Below are positions 25,497 to 34,891 of a DNA stretch of 41,071 nucleotides, one piece after another. Under the pieces are notes generated by a model. It saw nothing but the letters and a program-made list of their open reading frames with translations, made no database searches and was not told the origin of the DNA. The DNA lies in the IMG/VR virus record IMGVR_UViG_3300033481_000003, positions 1 through 41,071 of that record. One strand, given 5' to 3'. Position 1 is the stretch's first letter, and the number at the start of each line of letters is the position of its first letter. The stretch comes from a virus. Lineage: Duplodnaviria > Caudoviricetes. The position numbers were made by a program, and so were the translations under genes.

Positions 25497-25994
25497 TTAT
25501 GTTGCTGGAGTAAATGTCAAAGTACTAGTATTCCATGTTCCTGAAGTTCTAGAACCTGTATATTCAATGTTGAATGGAATCTGCATACCATCTTGACCAC
25601 CACCGATAGACTGGGGGATAATAACGGCTTTTTCTCTATATGCTTGAACAACCGTTCCGTCAGTGTCAAGAATAACTTCAACAACTGTTGTTTCCAAATC
25701 TGAACCTGTTGAACGATTGTTTACAATACCCAATAATGCAGTATATAGAGCATCATCCTCATAACAGAAAAATGTACCAACACTAGATGCAGGCTTGTAG
25801 CCTTTAATTCTAGATGTAGATTCACCCAAAATATTAGATTTTGTTTCTGTCTCAGGGTTCATTTCGATATTGTATTCTTCAAGATCTTTACCAAGTCTTT
25901 GATATGCAACTGCAACACCATTACTCATATTTGAATCAATATAATGTGCAAGGTATTTTCTTTCAATCAAATCTCCTGATGCACGTCCTGCCAT
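25497..25994 (-). CDS. Major tail (tube) protein
   Basis: ERKYLAHYID..RLGKDLEEYN.E.NP...NILGE; position. Confidence 0.85.
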   Translation of the reverse strand: MAGRASGDLIERKYLAHYIDSNMSNGVAVAYQRLGKDLEEYNIEMNPETETKSNILGESTSRIKGYKPASSVGTFFCYEDDALYTALLGIVNNRSTGSDLETTVVEVILDTDGTVVQAYREKAVIIPQSIGGGQDGMQIPFNIEYTGSRTSGTWNTSTLTFTPAT

Positions 25995-25997
25995 ATT

Positions 25998-26426
25998 TTA
26001 CACATCCTTTCTATATTTTATATCAAATGTTTGTATGTATGTAATCGTACCATTTTCTACTAATTCATCCATAAATGGGATAGAAGTTGGTTCGATTAAC
26101 GATATTGTACGATTGTCCGTTAATGATGGATATTCTTGGGATAACATCCACTCTGACAACGTGTTTAAATAGTCAATCATTGCTATTTTGTTATAATCAT
26201 CCTGTGGGCTTGAACGATAAGAAATATAAAAAGGGATAATTCCAGTAAAACCTCCTAAAATGTCTTTTCTTACATACTTTGAACCCTGTTGTGAAAACAA
26301 TCCTAAAGATGTATATTTGCTTTCAAGTGTCTCAAACTGTATATTTTCGTACTCACCCTGTATAAAATCAAACACTGCTTTCAAAATACTTGATTGCTCA
26401 GACATTGGTAACATTTCGTCAGCCAT
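25998..26426 (-). CDS. Tail terminator / neck protein
   Basis: Position before major tail protein, size. Confidence 0.7.
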   Translation of the reverse strand: MADEMLPMSEQSSILKAVFDFIQGEYENIQFETLESKYTSLGLFSQQGSKYVRKDILGGFTGIIPFYISYRSSPQDDYNKIAMIDYLNTLSEWMLSQEYPSLTDNRTISLIEPTSIPFMDELVENGTITYIQTFDIKYRKDV

Positions 26427-26430
26427 GGAA

Positions 26431-26796
26431 TCACCTCTTTCCCGATATTTCTTTTACGTTCTTTGTCCATTTTTTCAAATGAACGCTTTTAGCTGTTTCG
26501 AACCATTTCTTTTTGTTTTTGTTGTTGTAATATTGTTCCTTTGCATAGGCTGTTTGCCATACAACCTCACCATTTCCGATATTTGTCTTTTCAATTGCAC
26601 TCGCTCTCATGTTACCTGTCAATATTGGTGCGTATGGATTGGAGTCTTTTATTACACTGGCATCTAAATACGTTTGTGCTTTTTTGATATTATTGTCTAT
26701 TCTATCCAAATCAATATTTATTTGTACGTGTCTAGTTCGTACTTTATATCGTTTTGTTTTTGTAGAATCAACACTCTGTTGTATTCTTATGGCCAT
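26431..26796 (-). CDS. Neck/tail-completion protein (Minor_capsid_2-like)
   Basis: AQ..LD..V.....Y.P..TG.....YA..QYY...WFE.AK. Confidence 0.82.
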   Translation of the reverse strand: MAIRIQQSVDSTKTKRYKVRTRHVQINIDLDRIDNNIKKAQTYLDASVIKDSNPYAPILTGNMRASAIEKTNIGNGEVVWQTAYAKEQYYNNKNKKKWFETAKSVHLKKWTKNVKEISGKR

Positions 26797-27194
26797 TAAA
26801 CTCCACCAACTTCCAGATGAGGAATTACATTGTAAATATCGCAGTTAGTTACGCGGTAAACATTATCATACGTGTTAATCATATGATTGTAATATCCATT
26901 GATATAATCCGAATCAGATATAACCGTAGTTGGATATTCGCCTAAAACAAAGAAACATTTCGAAGTTTTGAAAGTGAAAAAGCCTGATTTTACACTTTCC
27001 CATGCCATCGGTTGTTTGAAAAGCGAAATATCATTTACAAATAACTTAGCACTATCTCCATTTGATATTCCAGTCTTTTCTATTAATGAATTTTTTATAA
27101 TTTGTAATCTGACATTTTTCAAAACCGTTGGATACCATTTAACTCCATTGGAATCCTTTGAGTAATTAAATACCGTAACTGTTTCGCTAAACAT
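26796..27194 (-). CDS. Head closure/neck protein (probable start ATG 27194)
   Basis: MF..TVTVFN...WYP.VL...IPH.EVGG; AGGGGG RBS. Confidence 0.75.
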   Translation of the reverse strand: MFSETVTVFNYSKDSNGVKWYPTVLKNVRLQIIKNSLIEKTGISNGDSAKLFVNDISLFKQPMAWESVKSGFFTFKTSKCFFVLGEYPTTVISDSDYINGYYNHMINTYDNVYRVTNCDIYNVIPHLEVGGV

Positions 27195-27609
27195 TTTCCA
27201 CCCCCTGGTATAAAAGGAGAATACCGTTTGAATCAGTTTCATTAAACAGGTATTTGCTTAGCATGAACATAATAGTATTTTTGTATTCTGCATTGTTGAT
27301 ACTTGCTGTGTAATATGAGTTTTCTGTAGTTGCGTATGTAATCGACTCTGAACCTGCCGAAATACTTTTTACTATTTTTTCATCAGTGTCAACTGCTGAA
27401 TACTTTTTATACTGATCTACACGATAAATAAAATCTATTATGTCACACATTGCCATTTTAACGTTATTTGATATGGTTTCCGATAGTAATCTGCCTTGTG
27501 TGAAATAATCTACCTCAAACCGTGCTAGCTGTTCGTATTTAGGAAAAAGGGTTTCTGTGACCGTTTCACCAAAATATGTCGTGGTATAATATTCATAATT
27601 AACGTACAT
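27187..27609 (-). CDS. Head-tail connector (adaptor)
   Basis: Y..YEYY...Y.G...F....A...D..T..R, LLY.G C-terminus; follows capsid gene. Confidence 0.85.
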   Translation of the reverse strand: MYVNYEYYTTTYFGETVTETLFPKYEQLARFEVDYFTQGRLLSETISNNVKMAMCDIIDFIYRVDQYKKYSAVDTDEKIVKSISAGSESITYATTENSYYTASINNAEYKNTIMFMLSKYLFNETDSNGILLLYQGVENV

Positions 27610-27626
27610 AAAAACCCCTTTCTAAA

Positions 27627-28718
27627 CTAGTTTACAATTTTCTGAATCATTGTAGTGTCTAACTCTTTGATACCATAGATTGTATCAAATGATACTGTGT
27701 CTGTTTTAGTGCTTGAATTGTAATCAAACACTACTCTGATGCTCAATCCGTCGTAAGATGCAATATAGGCATTTTTTGAACCCATAGGAATTTCTAGGGA
27801 TCTCGTAACCAGTGCGATACCGTTTCTATGGAATCCTAATGAGTTAGGTGCTTTGATTGGAAGTGCGTCAACTGCTGTAAAATCTGCATGGATTGGCTGA
27901 TCGATAGCAATCTCTGCGATAGCTGAACTTGAACCAGTTCCGTCTGCTGTAAATGTGTATCTGTAACCACCTATAATAAAGCTGTCACCAGTTTTAATTG
28001 TTGCAGTTGCAGCAGACATTGCAGTTAATGCGACGACACTTGCTCCCTTAGTTGCTGTGATCTTGTATGCTGTAGCTGTTCCTGTCGTAGCAGGTGCATC
28101 AGGACAATTCTGTGACATAAACAAATCAGTTCCATAAACACGGCTAAGTGCTGAATCTCTAAGTGCTGTGCTTTCTCCAGCATAAGCTACTTTTGCTAAA
28201 GTGTCAGTTGTGATGTATCTGTACTTGTGAGTTGGATGTAAAATACCGTTTCTGTTCTGAATAGGTACTTTTGCCAAATCAAAGTTTTTGGATAATGTAG
28301 ACAAGTCAGCCAAAGATGAGGATGTTCCTGTGATGGATGTTCCTGCCTTTTCGATTCCAAGTGATATAATATCAGAATCAATCGCCTGTGCCATTGCTTG
28401 CATTGCAGGTTCGATTATCTGCTTGGAAAAGTTTTTAATATCCAAAGTCATTTCCTTAGAAGAAACTGAAGCTGTAATATCTCTAAATCTGTCCATTTTT
28501 ACATCTACAGAACCCTCTGTAACGTTCTGATTGCTTGTAGTTCCAGTAAAATTGTATGCTGTGAACTTAGCTGGCTTTCTTACTGTGATAGTATCGCCAA
28601 CTTTTACAAATTCGTTGGAATAGTCCCTATGTACTAATCCAGCACTTGTCAAATTTGCAAGCAATACCATAAGTGCTTCATTTGCAATAATACTTGGGGT
28701 TAAAAAAGTATTTGCCAT
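27627..28718 (-). CDS. Major capsid protein, P22 coat-like family
   Basis: MANTFLTP.IIA.EAL..L, KVGDTITVRKP, FHRN..ALVTR.L..P, D..YG.K.L. Confidence 0.92.
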   Translation of the reverse strand: MANTFLTPSIIANEALMVLLANLTSAGLVHRDYSNEFVKVGDTITVRKPAKFTAYNFTGTTSNQNVTEGSVDVKMDRFRDITASVSSKEMTLDIKNFSKQIIEPAMQAMAQAIDSDIISLGIEKAGTSITGTSSSLADLSTLSKNFDLAKVPIQNRNGILHPTHKYRYITTDTLAKVAYAGESTALRDSALSRVYGTDLFMSQNCPDAPATTGTATAYKITATKGASVVALTAMSAATATIKTGDSFIIGGYRYTFTADGTGSSSAIAEIAIDQPIHADFTAVDALPIKAPNSLGFHRNGIALVTRSLEIPMGSKNAYIASYDGLSIRVVFDYNSSTKTDTVSFDTIYGIKELDTTMIQKIVN

Positions 28719-28730
28719 GTGTTTTTACCT

Positions 28731-29342
28731 CTATTTCTGCTCTTTCCTCCAAGCAAAATATTGTTCTGTGCTCATATTTTCAGGATCGTTTGCGTCACCT
28801 GTATTTTGGCTAGATCCAATACTGCCAGTAAAAGTAGCTTTATTTTGTTGTTGTTGTTCCTGTTGTTCTGTAACAAAAGCATCAGTGTATTTTGTCTTGA
28901 TGTTTTCCATCATGTCGTTAAGTCCAATGATTTTACCATCAACTATTTTTAATTCAGCGTCCTGAATCATTTGTGATACTCTGTCTTTTGCTAATGTGCT
29001 TGAAAATTTGTGAGATTCAAGCTCCTTGGTCAAGATATCGGAAAAGTCGCGTTTGTAAAGTTCTTTCTTATGACTTTCCTCTAATTCTGCCATTTTGGTT
29101 TTGTACTCGTTCAAAGAATTATTGATTTGTGTCGGGTCGATACCGTCAAAACCTTTTAGCGTTTCATTTGCAGTTTCCAATTGTTGTTTTAACGATGCAA
29201 TCTCTGTGTCAGCCTTTGAGGTCTTTTTTTCAACCTCTGCTATGGTCTTGTAATTTTCTGCAACTGCTTTTTCTACTGACTTAATCTGTTCGTCCGTCAT
29301 CTCGATTCCAAATTCTTTCAAAATTTCTTTAATATTCTTCAT
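28731..29342 (-). CDS. Scaffolding protein (Gp20-like)
   Basis: Coiled-coil, directly upstream of capsid gene, M..EQY..WRK C-terminus. Confidence 0.85.
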   Translation of the reverse strand: MKNIKEILKEFGIEMTDEQIKSVEKAVAENYKTIAEVEKKTSKADTEIASLKQQLETANETLKGFDGIDPTQINNSLNEYKTKMAELEESHKKELYKRDFSDILTKELESHKFSSTLAKDRVSQMIQDAELKIVDGKIIGLNDMMENIKTKYTDAFVTEQQEQQQQNKATFTGSIGSSQNTGDANDPENMSTEQYFAWRKEQK

Positions 29343-29427
29343 TTTGTTTTCTCCTTAACTATTTGTTTTAAAACGTTGTCACGTTCGGTGGATCAGTTAT
29401 TTAAACCATAACTGGTACTATAAAATC

Positions 29428-29456
29428 ATTATATCACCGCAAAAGACACGTGTCAA
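29428..29456 (-). promoter_or_regulatory. Promoter for scaffold/capsid/tail operon
   Basis: TTGACA-17-TATAAT with extended TG; palindrome GACACGTGTC overlaps -35. Confidence 0.85.
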
Positions 29457-29512
29457 AAATTTAAGCCCTTTTAATCGATTGACTGTTATATTTTTAAAGT
29501 GTACAATGAAAA

Positions 29513-29575
29513 AGGTATGTTTTGCTGTTTTATCGCCATTAAAAAAGGACACTGTTACTTATAAGTGTCCTTTTT
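29513..29575 (+). ncRNA. Putative ~62-nt small RNA divergent from capsid promoter
   Basis: TTGACT-17-TACAAT (29479-29507); bidirectional terminator AAAAAGGACACT...AGTGTCCTTTTT 29541-29575. Confidence 0.5.
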
Positions 29576-29586
29576 GGTTCTAGTAT

Positions 29587-29859
29587 TCAATTTTCTTCTG
29601 ATTCAACTGTTTCCATTTTGGAAACAACTACTTTGAAAACAAATTTCACATACATCATTGTTAATATTGTTAATACTGTGCTGTAGATGATGTTTTCCTT
29701 AAAACATAAATCTCCTCGTATTACTGTCATCGTATTTGCATAGTGGCAACAAACAAGAAAAAAACTAAGTGCCACGCAATTAAAGTATTGAAATAACCTA
29801 ATCATTTTTGTATTCCTTTCCTGTTGTCTTCTTGTATTTTTCTTTGTAACATTTTTCAC
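29587..29859 (-). CDS. Small 2-TM membrane protein
   Basis: Two hydrophobic stretches; GAAAGGA RBS suggests start at MIRLF. Confidence 0.65.
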   Translation of the reverse strand: MKNVTKKNTRRQQERNTKMIRLFQYFNCVALSFFLVCCHYANTMTVIRGDLCFKENIIYSTVLTILTMMYVKFVFKVVVSKMETVESEEN

Positions 29860-29892
29860 ACAACATTATAGTTCCATGAAAAAATGATTCTT

Positions 29893-30183
29893 TTAGTTCT
29901 TTTTCGTTCTTACATTCTTCGCATTGGAACATCTTTTCTTTTCCCATTCGTGCTTTTTCTCCTTACATTTGTTTTCTAACTCCTTATACAATCCAAAACA
30001 CATTATATAATTACAGATCAATAATCCTGTGACTATAATATTTGTTCGTGTGTCATTTGGAGTGTATAGCCTGTCGTACATTACAGTCAAAAATGCTGTT
30101 ATGTAGCATGATGTAACAAAAATAGCAACCTCGAAAAGGAATTTTTTAATTTCTTCAAATGGATCATTGGTATGTTTTTCCAT
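29893..30183 (-). CDS. Small 2-TM membrane protein (probable start ATG 30183)
   Basis: Hydrophobic segments; GAAAGGA RBS. Confidence 0.65.
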   Translation of the reverse strand: MEKHTNDPFEEIKKFLFEVAIFVTSCYITAFLTVMYDRLYTPNDTRTNIIVTGLLICNYIMCFGLYKELENKCKEKKHEWEKKRCSNAKNVRTKKN

Positions 30184-30187
30184 ATTA

Positions 30188-30370
30188 TCACATTCCTTTC
30201 GTGTGTTTCTCAAACAGTTTTGCGAACAACTCTGACGGGTTAGTATTGTGTTTTTTACAATATTCTTTTATTGACTGCTTTATCCCTAAATCTTTTCTGA
30301 ATATCATCAAAACCCTGTCATAATGTTCTTTGTTATAACTGTTTATATAATTGTAGTCTTGCTTTCGCAT
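30188..30370 (-). CDS. Small Arc/RHH-like DNA-binding protein (probable start ATG 30370)
   Basis: Y...YNKE.YDRV......K..IK.Y pattern. Confidence 0.6.
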   Translation of the reverse strand: MRKQDYNYINSYNKEHYDRVLMIFRKDLGIKQSIKEYCKKHNTNPSELFAKLFEKHTKGM

Positions 30371-30596
30371 AGTGTTTTCTAAACCTTTCTGTCGTCTTGT
30401 CCCAATCGTCAATAGTTTCCTTTTTCACGCTGATATTTGACTTGCTGATTGAAACAACCTTGTATCTGTTTAACAAAAGAACGTTTTGGTCTATATATTT
30501 TTCAATGTGATGCTTTGTAACACCTGTCAAAATACACGCTTGTTGGATATTAGTGTATTTTATAGTGTTTAGTTTCCTATCTCTTATCATTAGCAT
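30333..30596 (-). CDS. NUMOD1-like HTH protein
   Basis: Y.NI.QA....GV....I; AAAGGAG RBS. Confidence 0.55.
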   Translation of the reverse strand: MLMIRDRKLNTIKYTNIQQACILTGVTKHHIEKYIDQNVLLLNRYKVVSISKSNISVKKETIDDWDKTTERFRKHYAKARLQLYKQL

Positions 30597-30618
30597 AATA
30601 TCACGCTCCTTTTATTAT

Positions 30619-30647
30619 ATTGTACAATATACATGTGATATTATCAA
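30619..30647 (-). promoter_or_regulatory. Promoter for the four-gene cassette 29587-30596
   Basis: TTGATA-17-TACAAT. Confidence 0.65.
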
Positions 30648-30652
30648 CAAAT

Positions 30653-30805
30653 AAAAAATGAGCATACTGTATGGTAGTATGCTCACGAACTGATGAAGAG
30701 TATTTCTTGTTTCTTTTTCTATTGTATTTCTTTGAGATTGTCAACACATGCCTTTGCAGTAAAACACGTGTTGACAATAAAAATATGTGTTAAAATCTAT
30801 GTTCA
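30653..30805 (-). ncRNA. Putative ~150-nt small RNA with 14-bp hairpin
   Basis: TTTACA-17-TATAAT (30811-30839); stem 30737-30778; terminator 30653-30685. Confidence 0.5.
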
Positions 30806-30841
30806 TTAATATTATACTACTATGGTTAATATTTGTAAACA

Positions 30842-31069
30842 CTAAAATGTTTTTGTTACGATCTCAACCAATACAGCTGACGCAATCGTTCCAAGGATTC
30901 CGATGATGTATTTACCAATTGTAACAATAGTTTTCATTTGATAGGATATTTCAGATAAATTATCATGTAGCTTGTCATATTTGCTTTCCATTTCCTTGTG
31001 CCTTTCTTCGCACTCTGAACGTGTCATGTAACATTCATTTTGGTTTTCGTTTTGCATAGTTTTGTCCAC
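30842..31069 (-). CDS. Coiled-coil + C-terminal TM protein (XhlA-like lysis accessory, tentative)
   Basis: T..EC...H coiled coil then hydrophobic helix; start may be ATG 31057. Confidence 0.65.
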   Translation of the reverse strand: MDKTMQNENQNECYMTRSECEERHKEMESKYDKLHDNLSEISYQMKTIVTIGKYIIGILGTIASAVLVEIVTKTF

Positions 31070-31072
31070 CTT

Positions 31073-32203
31073 TTATATTTTTAGATTAAACTTGGACACG
31101 TCTAACTCGTTAGATTCACAATATTTCAAGTATTCTTTATTTTGTCGCTGTGCTAGTTGTGTGTAGTGGTCAAGTTTACTTTTTATCTTTGTATCTTTTA
31201 TTGTATCATATACTTTATTGTATGCTCTAGCTTTTTGTTTAGACAACCTAATCCGTCGTTCTAACTCACGTTGATATTTTATCTTTTTGTAAGTATCTGC
31301 ATACTGTTGTTGAGTATGTTCTTCAAACGGGTCTTTCATTCCTTTTTTATGCGGTGTAAAAGAATGTCTGCAGTTGTAACCTAACAATCCAAGTGGGTTT
31401 AATGGATAACCTGTCTTTTCAAGCAGATTATCAGCATAATCATCAAACCCAACTATTTTATATGGTTTACCTTGCCATCCTGCATGGTCTGCAACAGGAT
31501 CAAGTGGATTAACACGTGCTCCAAAATGTGCAGATACTAAGATGTAGTCAAAGCCATTCTTAATAGCTGTCTTAAGGGTTATCTCTGCACCCGTTCGATT
31601 AACTGACATCTGAACAACTCTTTTCACATCTGCACTTATATGTGCTTTGCGATTGCCATTATTAATGAACGTATACGTCGAAGTTTCAACCATATAGTCA
31701 ATCGATTTTATCACAGCATCGACATAATCAATTTTGAAAATATCAACACTAGTTTCAAACTCATTTACTGCACGGTTAAGTTCTTTTAGCATATTGTCAG
31801 GTACATTATTCATATTTTTATCAATTTCATTAACAGTCTTATTTGTGTTGTCCTTAATAACCTCTGTGCGTTCACTGCTGTCCAATTCTGACACTTTTTC
31901 ATTATTAGGCTTATAAGTCATAATATCGTCAGTTTCATGGCTTTTTTGAGCAGATTTGGTCAACTCTCTTTTGACTGAGTACTTTGTTTTAATAAGTGCA
32001 GTTTTTATTCTACGCTGTGAATTTGCATAGTGTTTTGAAACTGCAATGTTTAACTTTAATCTTTTGTTAAGATCATGTGAAGAGTATAACAAATACATTA
32101 GAATCAATATATCAATAATATCGTCGTTTTCTTCCTCTTCAACCTGTCTCCACAAATCAATTGTTTCCATACCGCTATTAATGATATATAGTTCATCTAG
32201 CAT
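31073..32203 (-). CDS. Minor head protein (Phage_min_cap2-like)
   Basis: VSAHFGAR..HAGWQGK..GL.GYNCRHSF.P..QRELER.IR..K. Confidence 0.9.
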   Translation of the reverse strand: MLDELYIINSGMETIDLWRQVEEEENDDIIDILILMYLLYSSHDLNKRLKLNIAVSKHYANSQRRIKTALIKTKYSVKRELTKSAQKSHETDDIMTYKPNNEKVSELDSSERTEVIKDNTNKTVNEIDKNMNNVPDNMLKELNRAVNEFETSVDIFKIDYVDAVIKSIDYMVETSTYTFINNGNRKAHISADVKRVVQMSVNRTGAEITLKTAIKNGFDYILVSAHFGARVNPLDPVADHAGWQGKPYKIVGFDDYADNLLEKTGYPLNPLGLLGYNCRHSFTPHKKGMKDPFEEHTQQQYADTYKKIKYQRELERRIRLSKQKARAYNKVYDTIKDTKIKSKLDHYTQLAQRQNKEYLKYCESNELDVSKFNLKI

Positions 32204-32205
32204 AT

Positions 32206-33906
32206 TTATTCCCCTTTCGTCATTTCTTCATTTGACCCGAATCCATCAACTTCAAAATGGATATCAAAAAAGTCTGTAAGTGCATCACCACTGATTATAT
32301 CTTCTCTGTATAATTTTATTAACAACATAGATGATATTTTTTTACCAGTACCATCTATTGGTAATGAATAACTTAGCTGAGATATAGTATTACTTGAATA
32401 AACGAATGCCTGTGTTGATATTGTAATAGTTGTCCAATTTGTAGGAACTAAATCACCTGGATTGTACCATTTATAAGCCATTTTATAAACAATAGTACCT
32501 ACCTTTGATTGTCTCCAATGGACATGAGGGTATAAATTTGTCCCCTCTTTGTATCTATGAGGTAACTGTGCTACTATGTCTATTATTTCTGTAGGGTCGT
32601 TTGAAGGAAATAACCAACCAAGTTCATTATAATCAAAATCAGGCTTTCCTCCTGATGTTGGCTTTCCAACTGTTAAAGGAAAACACATGTCATCCCAAGC
32701 AGTATTTTCTAATCTAAGCGATCCATTTACATACAAATTACCAGTGTGAAGACGCTTTGTTAATTCGTGAAGTGTTATTGAAAATTCATCCAAAATATCA
32801 CGATCGTCAGAATCAATGTGCTGGTATGCAGTGTCACCGTTTAAATCACGCAGTTGACTGTGCCTTAATGCCAGTGGTGTTGTAAAATACAATGGAAAAG
32901 AACCACCAATATAATAATTTATTGTTACTGTAGAGTTATGAGTGGTTGTTGCATACACTTTAATCCCAAGTCTATCAGTAGGCAAAACGTCAAAATATTC
33001 TTTTATAACACGACATATCAATGGTCCATATTGTGTTATATCAAGCTCACTTGTGTATTCTGAACAAATAGTTTCAAAAGTTTCATCAATGTGATACACA
33101 AATATTTCAATTTTGAATTTAGTTATTCCATTGTTAGGACTACATTTTGCGTAAAAATTTGCTGTCCATGTACCACCATCAATTTTATCGGTTTTAATCG
33201 CATCGTCAAATATGCCTTGATATATTAATTTATCACCATTAGAAGCCTGTACTGTTTCCGTTTGTTCGGATTGTGCTACATTTGTATATGATAAATTTTT
33301 ATATCCACTAATATCCGAATCAATATTTGTAGCAATAAGATTTGCAGAATATCCGGAACCACCTAGTGATATTTCTTCAAATTCAAGGTTTGCATTTAGA
33401 AACTTTAAGTCTTTGTTACTACTTGGCATCGCTCCTGTTATGTAATATCTGCCCTCAGTTGGTGCTACTTCGTCAGTGGTTATATTATCTATCCTTAATG
33501 TTATGTCATCATTTTCAGACATTACATTGTCGTACTGGTCAAGCAATTGTTCATAAATGTCTAATGTTGGGTCAGATGGAGTGCTAGAGTCAAATGTTAT
33601 TGACTCTAAAACACTAATCTCAATCCTATCTGTGCATATTCGTACAATTCCAGTGTCTTCATAAGACGAGTAAACACCAACTTTCATTGTTCCATGTTTT
33701 AACACTTCCACAGGTACAACACACTTATCATCTACTAATACAACATGATAGTAAACACCATTGTGACCAAATATTGCAACCTTTTCATGTGTCCAGTCTT
33801 CGCTAAATGTAAACTCTGCATCCAAATAATTTATACTATTCTCTACTACAACATTGCTGTCGGTTCTGATTATCTTTTGTGATGTAACGTTAAATGTTAT
33901 AGTCAT
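32206..33906 (-). CDS. Putative virion appendage protein with BppU-like N-terminal domain
   Basis: F.V..Q.I.R.D...V..S..YL.AEF.FSEDW N-terminus; H..L..L.G...QH repeat seen in fibre proteins. Confidence 0.65.
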   Translation of the reverse strand: MTITFNVTSQKIIRTDSNVVVENSINYLDAEFTFSEDWTHEKVAIFGHNGVYYHVVLVDDKCVVPVEVLKHGTMKVGVYSSYEDTGIVRICTDRIEISVLESITFDSSTPSDPTLDIYEQLLDQYDNVMSENDDITLRIDNITTDEVAPTEGRYYITGAMPSSNKDLKFLNANLEFEEISLGGSGYSANLIATNIDSDISGYKNLSYTNVAQSEQTETVQASNGDKLIYQGIFDDAIKTDKIDGGTWTANFYAKCSPNNGITKFKIEIFVYHIDETFETICSEYTSELDITQYGPLICRVIKEYFDVLPTDRLGIKVYATTTHNSTVTINYYIGGSFPLYFTTPLALRHSQLRDLNGDTAYQHIDSDDRDILDEFSITLHELTKRLHTGNLYVNGSLRLENTAWDDMCFPLTVGKPTSGGKPDFDYNELGWLFPSNDPTEIIDIVAQLPHRYKEGTNLYPHVHWRQSKVGTIVYKMAYKWYNPGDLVPTNWTTITISTQAFVYSSNTISQLSYSLPIDGTGKKISSMLLIKLYREDIISGDALTDFFDIHFEVDGFGSNEEMTKGE

Positions 33907-33917
33907 TTATTTATCTC

Positions 33918-34184
33918 CTATGGTTCTCCTGGACTATCGTCGATTATTGGATCAATAAAGTGTACGTGGTTGCAGTTGTCTTCCTCGCTGTACCAGTGTT
34001 CCTGTGGTGACACACTGTTTTCAGTATCTTTGTGGATTATTGTTTCTCTCCATCCATGTGACACTAGTGTTTCGTATGGAAGTAGATTATATCCACTGAT
34101 CCAGTTATCTCCTATCAATCTACTGTCGGGTACTTGCATCAAAAATTCAGTTTCTGTCAATAATGACAATGTTTCTTTTCCCAT
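33918..34184 (-). CDS. Hypothetical protein (probable start ATG 34184)
   Basis: AGAGGT RBS before MGKETL. Confidence 0.65.
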   Translation of the reverse strand: MGKETLSLLTETEFLMQVPDSRLIGDNWISGYNLLPYETLVSHGWRETIIHKDTENSVSPQEHWYSEEDNCNHVHFIDPIIDDSPGEP

Positions 34185-34197
34185 ATTATACCTCTTT

Positions 34198-34881
34198 CTA
34201 GTATTGCATAGTTGGTGGTGTGAAATCAGCTGTCCACCTTGCAATTCCCTTTGAAAATCTAAACTCGTCTAAGTAACCGTTGTAAAAATTTGCGTATGTT
34301 GATAATGCAGAACGTGAAGCACCTACAATAAAATCGTACGATGAATCAGTAAATGAAAATCCTGTAGTCAATGCATATGTTCCTGAAATAGTTCCGTTTT
34401 TGTATACCTTAATGTTATCTACCTCACGAACAACTGCAATGTGCGTCCATGTATTTGTTGTTATGCCTGTAACAAAAGTAGTATTTGCACCAGTGTAAGA
34501 AAAATATATATTTCCACTGCTGTTAACCATTAATGTAAATGACTGCGATTCTGTTGATGATAGCCTTTGACAACAAACTGCATTGTAGTTTTTTAGAGAA
34601 GACAGATAGCACCAAAAGTCTATGGTCCAGTTTGCAGAACCAAGGGTAAAGTCTGCACTATCAGGTGTAGAAACAAATCCTGTGCTACCATCGAATAAAA
34701 TACTACTTCCACCGAACTTTGATTGTCCAGTGGAAATAGTAGCAGTTCCATTTGTTGTTAGTGGCTTAAATCCACAAAAATCTATCATTTCTGTTGATCC
34801 ATTTGATCCATTTCCATGTAGTAACATTTTTGTATAATCATCATATCGATATCTTTCGAGTAATACCATTTTATTTCTCAT
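34198..34881 (-). CDS. LamG/concanavalin A-like lectin domain protein
   Basis: TKMLLHG.G...SKFGGSS..FDG, TIDFW, WTHIAVVR, GYLDEFRFSKG.ARWT.DFTPP. Confidence 0.9.
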   Translation of the reverse strand: MRNKMVLLERYRYDDYTKMLLHGNGSNGSTEMIDFCGFKPLTTNGTATISTGQSKFGGSSILFDGSTGFVSTPDSADFTLGSANWTIDFWCYLSSLKNYNAVCCQRLSSTESQSFTLMVNSSGNIYFSYTGANTTFVTGITTNTWTHIAVVREVDNIKVYKNGTISGTYALTTGFSFTDSSYDFIVGASRSALSTYANFYNGYLDEFRFSKGIARWTADFTPPTMQY

Positions 34882-34891
34882 ATACTACCCC

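Noticed and set aside
30771-30796. Plus-strand promoter TTGACA...TAAAAT
   Set aside because: Spacer is only 14 bp
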